Of a DNA stretch of 10,273 nucleotides, positions 7,782-10,273 are shown one piece after another. Below the pieces are notes generated by a model. That model saw nothing but the letters and a program-made list of their open reading frames with translations, was not told the origin of the DNA and ran no database searches. How positions within the stretch are numbered: the first letter of the stretch is position 1; the number at the start of each line of letters is the position of its first letter. The position numbers and the translations under genes are program-made. The stretch spans positions 1 to 10,273 of the forward strand of contig JBBCAV010000326.1 of assembly GCA_051382305.1 (NCBI GenBank), read 5' to 3'. The DNA is from Bdellovibrionota bacterium FG-2 (GTDB lineage Bacteria > Bdellovibrionota > UBA1018).

Positions 7782-8905
7782 TGCAGACGCACAAAATTCT
7801 TTTGATTGATGACGAGGAGATCATTCGTGAGCGAATTTCGAAACTGCTGATTTTGGATGGCTATGAAGTCATCACCGCAGAGGACGGTCGCCTAGGGCTT
7901 GAGAGCTTCGAGAAGAACTCGCCAGATGTGGTGGTGTCGGATATTAAAATGCCCCACATGGATGGGATTGAAGTCCTTCGAAAGATCAAAGAAAAATCCC
8001 TCGATGCGGGCGTGATTCTACTCACAGGACATGGAGATATGGAGTCCACGATCGAAGCCTTGAGAATCGGGGCTTTTGATTATCTTAGTAAGCCTGTCGA
8101 ATATGAGGAACTTGCGATATCAATCAGGCGTCTGCTGGATCTTCAGTCAATGGAGAAGGACCGCAAGGTGCTTCAGTCTCAACTCTTTCAGTCCGCTAAA
8201 CTTGCATCCGTGGGGACATTGGCAGCCGGAATTGCCCATGAATTAAATAATCCTCTGGCGGTGGTTGTGGCCTATGTTGAGGAGGTCCTGAATTTATTGA
8301 AGGCGCCTCCTTTTGATACGCCGAAGGTTGAGGAGATGACAAAGTTTCTCGAAATGATCGGCAAGTCCTCCGCGCGCATGCAGACGATTGTCAAGCATAT
8401 GTTGGCCTATTCTCGGCAATCGAGTTCGCCCGAAGGGCGGGCAATTGATATCAATGATGTGATCAATAACTCGTTTCTATTTGTGAAACGCGACTACGAA
8501 AAGTTCGATATTGCAGCCGCCTTTGAACTCGCCAGCGGAATCCCTCAAGTTTGGGGCGATTCGGGGCAATTTGAGAGCGTCTTTGTGAATCTCATGGGGA
8601 ACTCGCGCGATGCTTTTGGAACTCTTAAAGATGACCGCAAAAAGAGTGTGAGGGTGTCCTCTTCCGTTCATGAGGACGGGGGGGTGTTAATTGTTTATGA
8701 AGACAACGCCGGTGGAATGAGTGCCGAAACAGTACAAAGGATCTTTGACCCTTTTTACACCACTAAAGAAGTCGGCAAGGGCACAGGCTTAGGGATGTCT
8801 GTAACCTTAGGCATTATCGAGAATGCCAAGGGGACGATCACGGTTCAAAGTGATCTGGGCAAGGGTTCAAAGTTCACGCTCAAATTTCCAGGGCACAAGC
8901 CATGA
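7781..8905 (+). CDS. Hybrid REC-histidine kinase; class B core with intact catalytic motifs
   Basis: 374 aa, TGATG coupling. REC (IDDE, VSDIKMP, LTGHG, LSKP); HELNNP (CAT 8237-8239); NLMGNSRDA; DNAGG; FDPFYTTK; GTGLG. Confidence 0.95.
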   Translation: MQTHKILLIDDEEIIRERISKLLILDGYEVITAEDGRLGLESFEKNSPDVVVSDIKMPHMDGIEVLRKIKEKSLDAGVILLTGHGDMESTIEALRIGAFDYLSKPVEYEELAISIRRLLDLQSMEKDRKVLQSQLFQSAKLASVGTLAAGIAHELNNPLAVVVAYVEEVLNLLKAPPFDTPKVEEMTKFLEMIGKSSARMQTIVKHMLAYSRQSSSPEGRAIDINDVINNSFLFVKRDYEKFDIAAAFELASGIPQVWGDSGQFESVFVNLMGNSRDAFGTLKDDRKKSVRVSSSVHEDGGVLIVYEDNAGGMSAETVQRIFDPFYTTKEVGKGTGLGMSVTLGIIENAKGTITVQSDLGKGSKFTLKFPGHKP

Positions 8906-10169
8906 TGAAATGGCTGTCCAATCTCCCTTTGTCTAAAAAGTTGAATTCGATCATCATCATGTTTTTGGTGGGCACGCTTGCGATGGCGGGCCTCAGCACG
9001 TTGGGGATGAAAGTGCTCTCGGGCACGAGGGCCTTTGTCGGCGCCGAAGGACAATGGGCGAAAGCGCAAAAAGAAGCCGTATATTCTCTTTATAGTTATG
9101 TCTCAACTCACGACGAGAGGTGGTATCGGCGCTTTCAAGAATTTTTGAAAGTACCAAACGGGATGGAAGTGTTTCGTGTGGAGATGGAGAAACCCGACCC
9201 CGATATGAAAGTGGCTCTTAACGGCTTGATTGCGGGGCACAACGCCCCTGAAGATTTTGATGACATGGCCAATTTGTTTAGACGGTTTCGTGGTTTTGGC
9301 CACATCGATAAGGCAATCCACATCTGGGCCGATGCGGATCTTGCGATAGACGAACTCGAGAGCCTTTCCGGACGTCTGTACACTCACCACGTTACTCACA
9401 AGTCGCACCTCGATGCCGAGGATCAAAAAGAGGAAGCTTTGCTTTCGAGTCAGATTCACACCGTAAATGATAGACTCATTGAGCATGAGAATAACTTCTC
9501 CCGAACTCTGGGTGAAGCCTCGCGGTGGGCCAAAGGTGTTCTTTTGGCCGGAATTCTTTTGTGTATGGCTCTTGTCGCGGCTTTTGGTTTTCTTTTTTTA
9601 CGTCTAATCATCAAAGATCTCACTCATAGAACTCGAATTCTTGTGCAGGGCATGGAAGCCGTGGCAAAGGGCGAGCATAATCTAAGATGTGACGACAGCG
9701 CAAAAGATGAGATCGGTGTTGCCGCGGCTTCTTTTAACAAAATGACTGCAAAGTTGCAGGAAACAACCGTTTATCTGGTTCAATCAGAAAAACTCAACGC
9801 GTTGGGGGAGCTCACCGCCAGCATCTCTCACGAACTCAAGAACCCTTGAACATTATCCAGATCATCTCGCAGGGGCTGGAAATGGATATCAAGAAGAACC
9901 GACTAAAAGAAGATGAACTCAAGACAGGCCTATCAGACGTACGGGTGCAGATCGCTCGAATGTCCGAAATTATCGAACATATGCGGCTTTTCACGCGGCG
10001 AGCGGAATTTGCCATGGAGAAGCACAATGTGAATGCGGTAATCGAGCAGACATGTAAGTTTTTTACCCAACAACTTACCAACCGCAGCATTGAATTGACA
10101 AAAACTCTTGAGACGGATCTCCCTTCTTCTATGCTTGATCCGATTCAACTTGAGCAGGTGGTGATCAAT
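8902..10169 (+). pseudogene. Membrane sensor histidine kinase (TM-extracytoplasmic domain-TM-HAMP-HisKA), class A2 core, with an H-box frameshift at about 9841-9849 and HATPase domain interrupted at the N box
   Basis: ATGA coupling. TM1 IIIMFLVGTLAMAGL; TM2 VLLAGILLCMALVAAFGFLFL; HAMP ...MEAVAKGEHNLR...DEIGVAAASFNKM. SHELKNP (CAC 9829-9831) is followed by TGA, while the -1 frame continues LNIIQIISQGL...LEQVVIN. Kinase homology ends at AAT 10167-10169 and the frame stops at 10211. Confidence 0.82.
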
Positions 10170-10273
10170 CCGGCGCCGCTCACCAAAAAGGACCCACTTG
10201 CGCTCAGTTAAAGGGACCCACCCAGGACTTAGCCGCGTAGCATAGTCGCAAAAAACCCCACTGCAGCACGAAG
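10170..10273. mobile_element. Probable end of an inserted element (IS21-family-like terminal region), running off the window
   Basis: Kinase homology is lost abruptly in the middle of the N box and is followed within 8 nt by two 21-nt direct repeats. Tandem transposase-binding repeats are typical of IS21 ends. No transposase is in the window and there is no terminal TG dinucleotide at the junction. Confidence 0.55.
10177..10221 (+). repeat. Two imperfect 21-nt direct repeats, 24-nt period
   Basis: CGCTCACCAAAAAGGACCCAC (10177-10197) and CGCTCAGTTAAAGGGACCCAC (10201-10221); 17/21 identical. Confidence 0.9.

Noticed and set aside
798-10148. Numerous minus-strand and alternative-frame ORFs (62-171 aa) in the ORF track
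   Set aside because: All overlap well-supported kinase or receiver genes and show no recognisable motifs; they look like shadow ORFs.
66-10169. Assigning gene symbols such as fixL, ntrB, dctB or divL
   Set aside because: Only family-level motifs are shared; architecture and context do not support orthology.
10177-10221. Direct repeats as the start of a CRISPR array
   Set aside because: Two copies only, separated by 3 nt, with no spacer-sized interval.

Overview
The window is a dense, co-oriented (+ strand) cluster of eight signal-transduction genes. Together they carry seven HisKA/HATPase cores and seven receiver (REC) domains, but no DNA-binding, sigma54-AAA+, GGDEF/EAL or HPt domain is visible. 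Order: PAS-HK (66-1364); REC-HK whose phospho-His is replaced by Tyr and whose ATP boxes are degenerate (1374-2513, candidate DivL-like pseudokinase); REC-HK (2506-3678); PAS-HK split by a frameshift (3792-4899); REC-REC plus an unassigned C-terminal domain (4928-6148); REC-REC-HK split by a frameshift (6148-7781); REC-HK (7781-8905); membrane sensor-HAMP-HK with an H-box frameshift (8902 to about 10169). The last gene is cut off at its N box by a sequence with two 21-nt direct repeats that resembles an IS21-family end. The kinase cores fall into three paralog classes repeated in the order A1-B-B-A2 / A1-B-A2, suggesting a duplicated cassette with swapped input domains. All three frameshifts are best explained as missing bases in or near short homopolymers, so sequencing error is the leading explanation. 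All alignments were done by eye and no database search was run.
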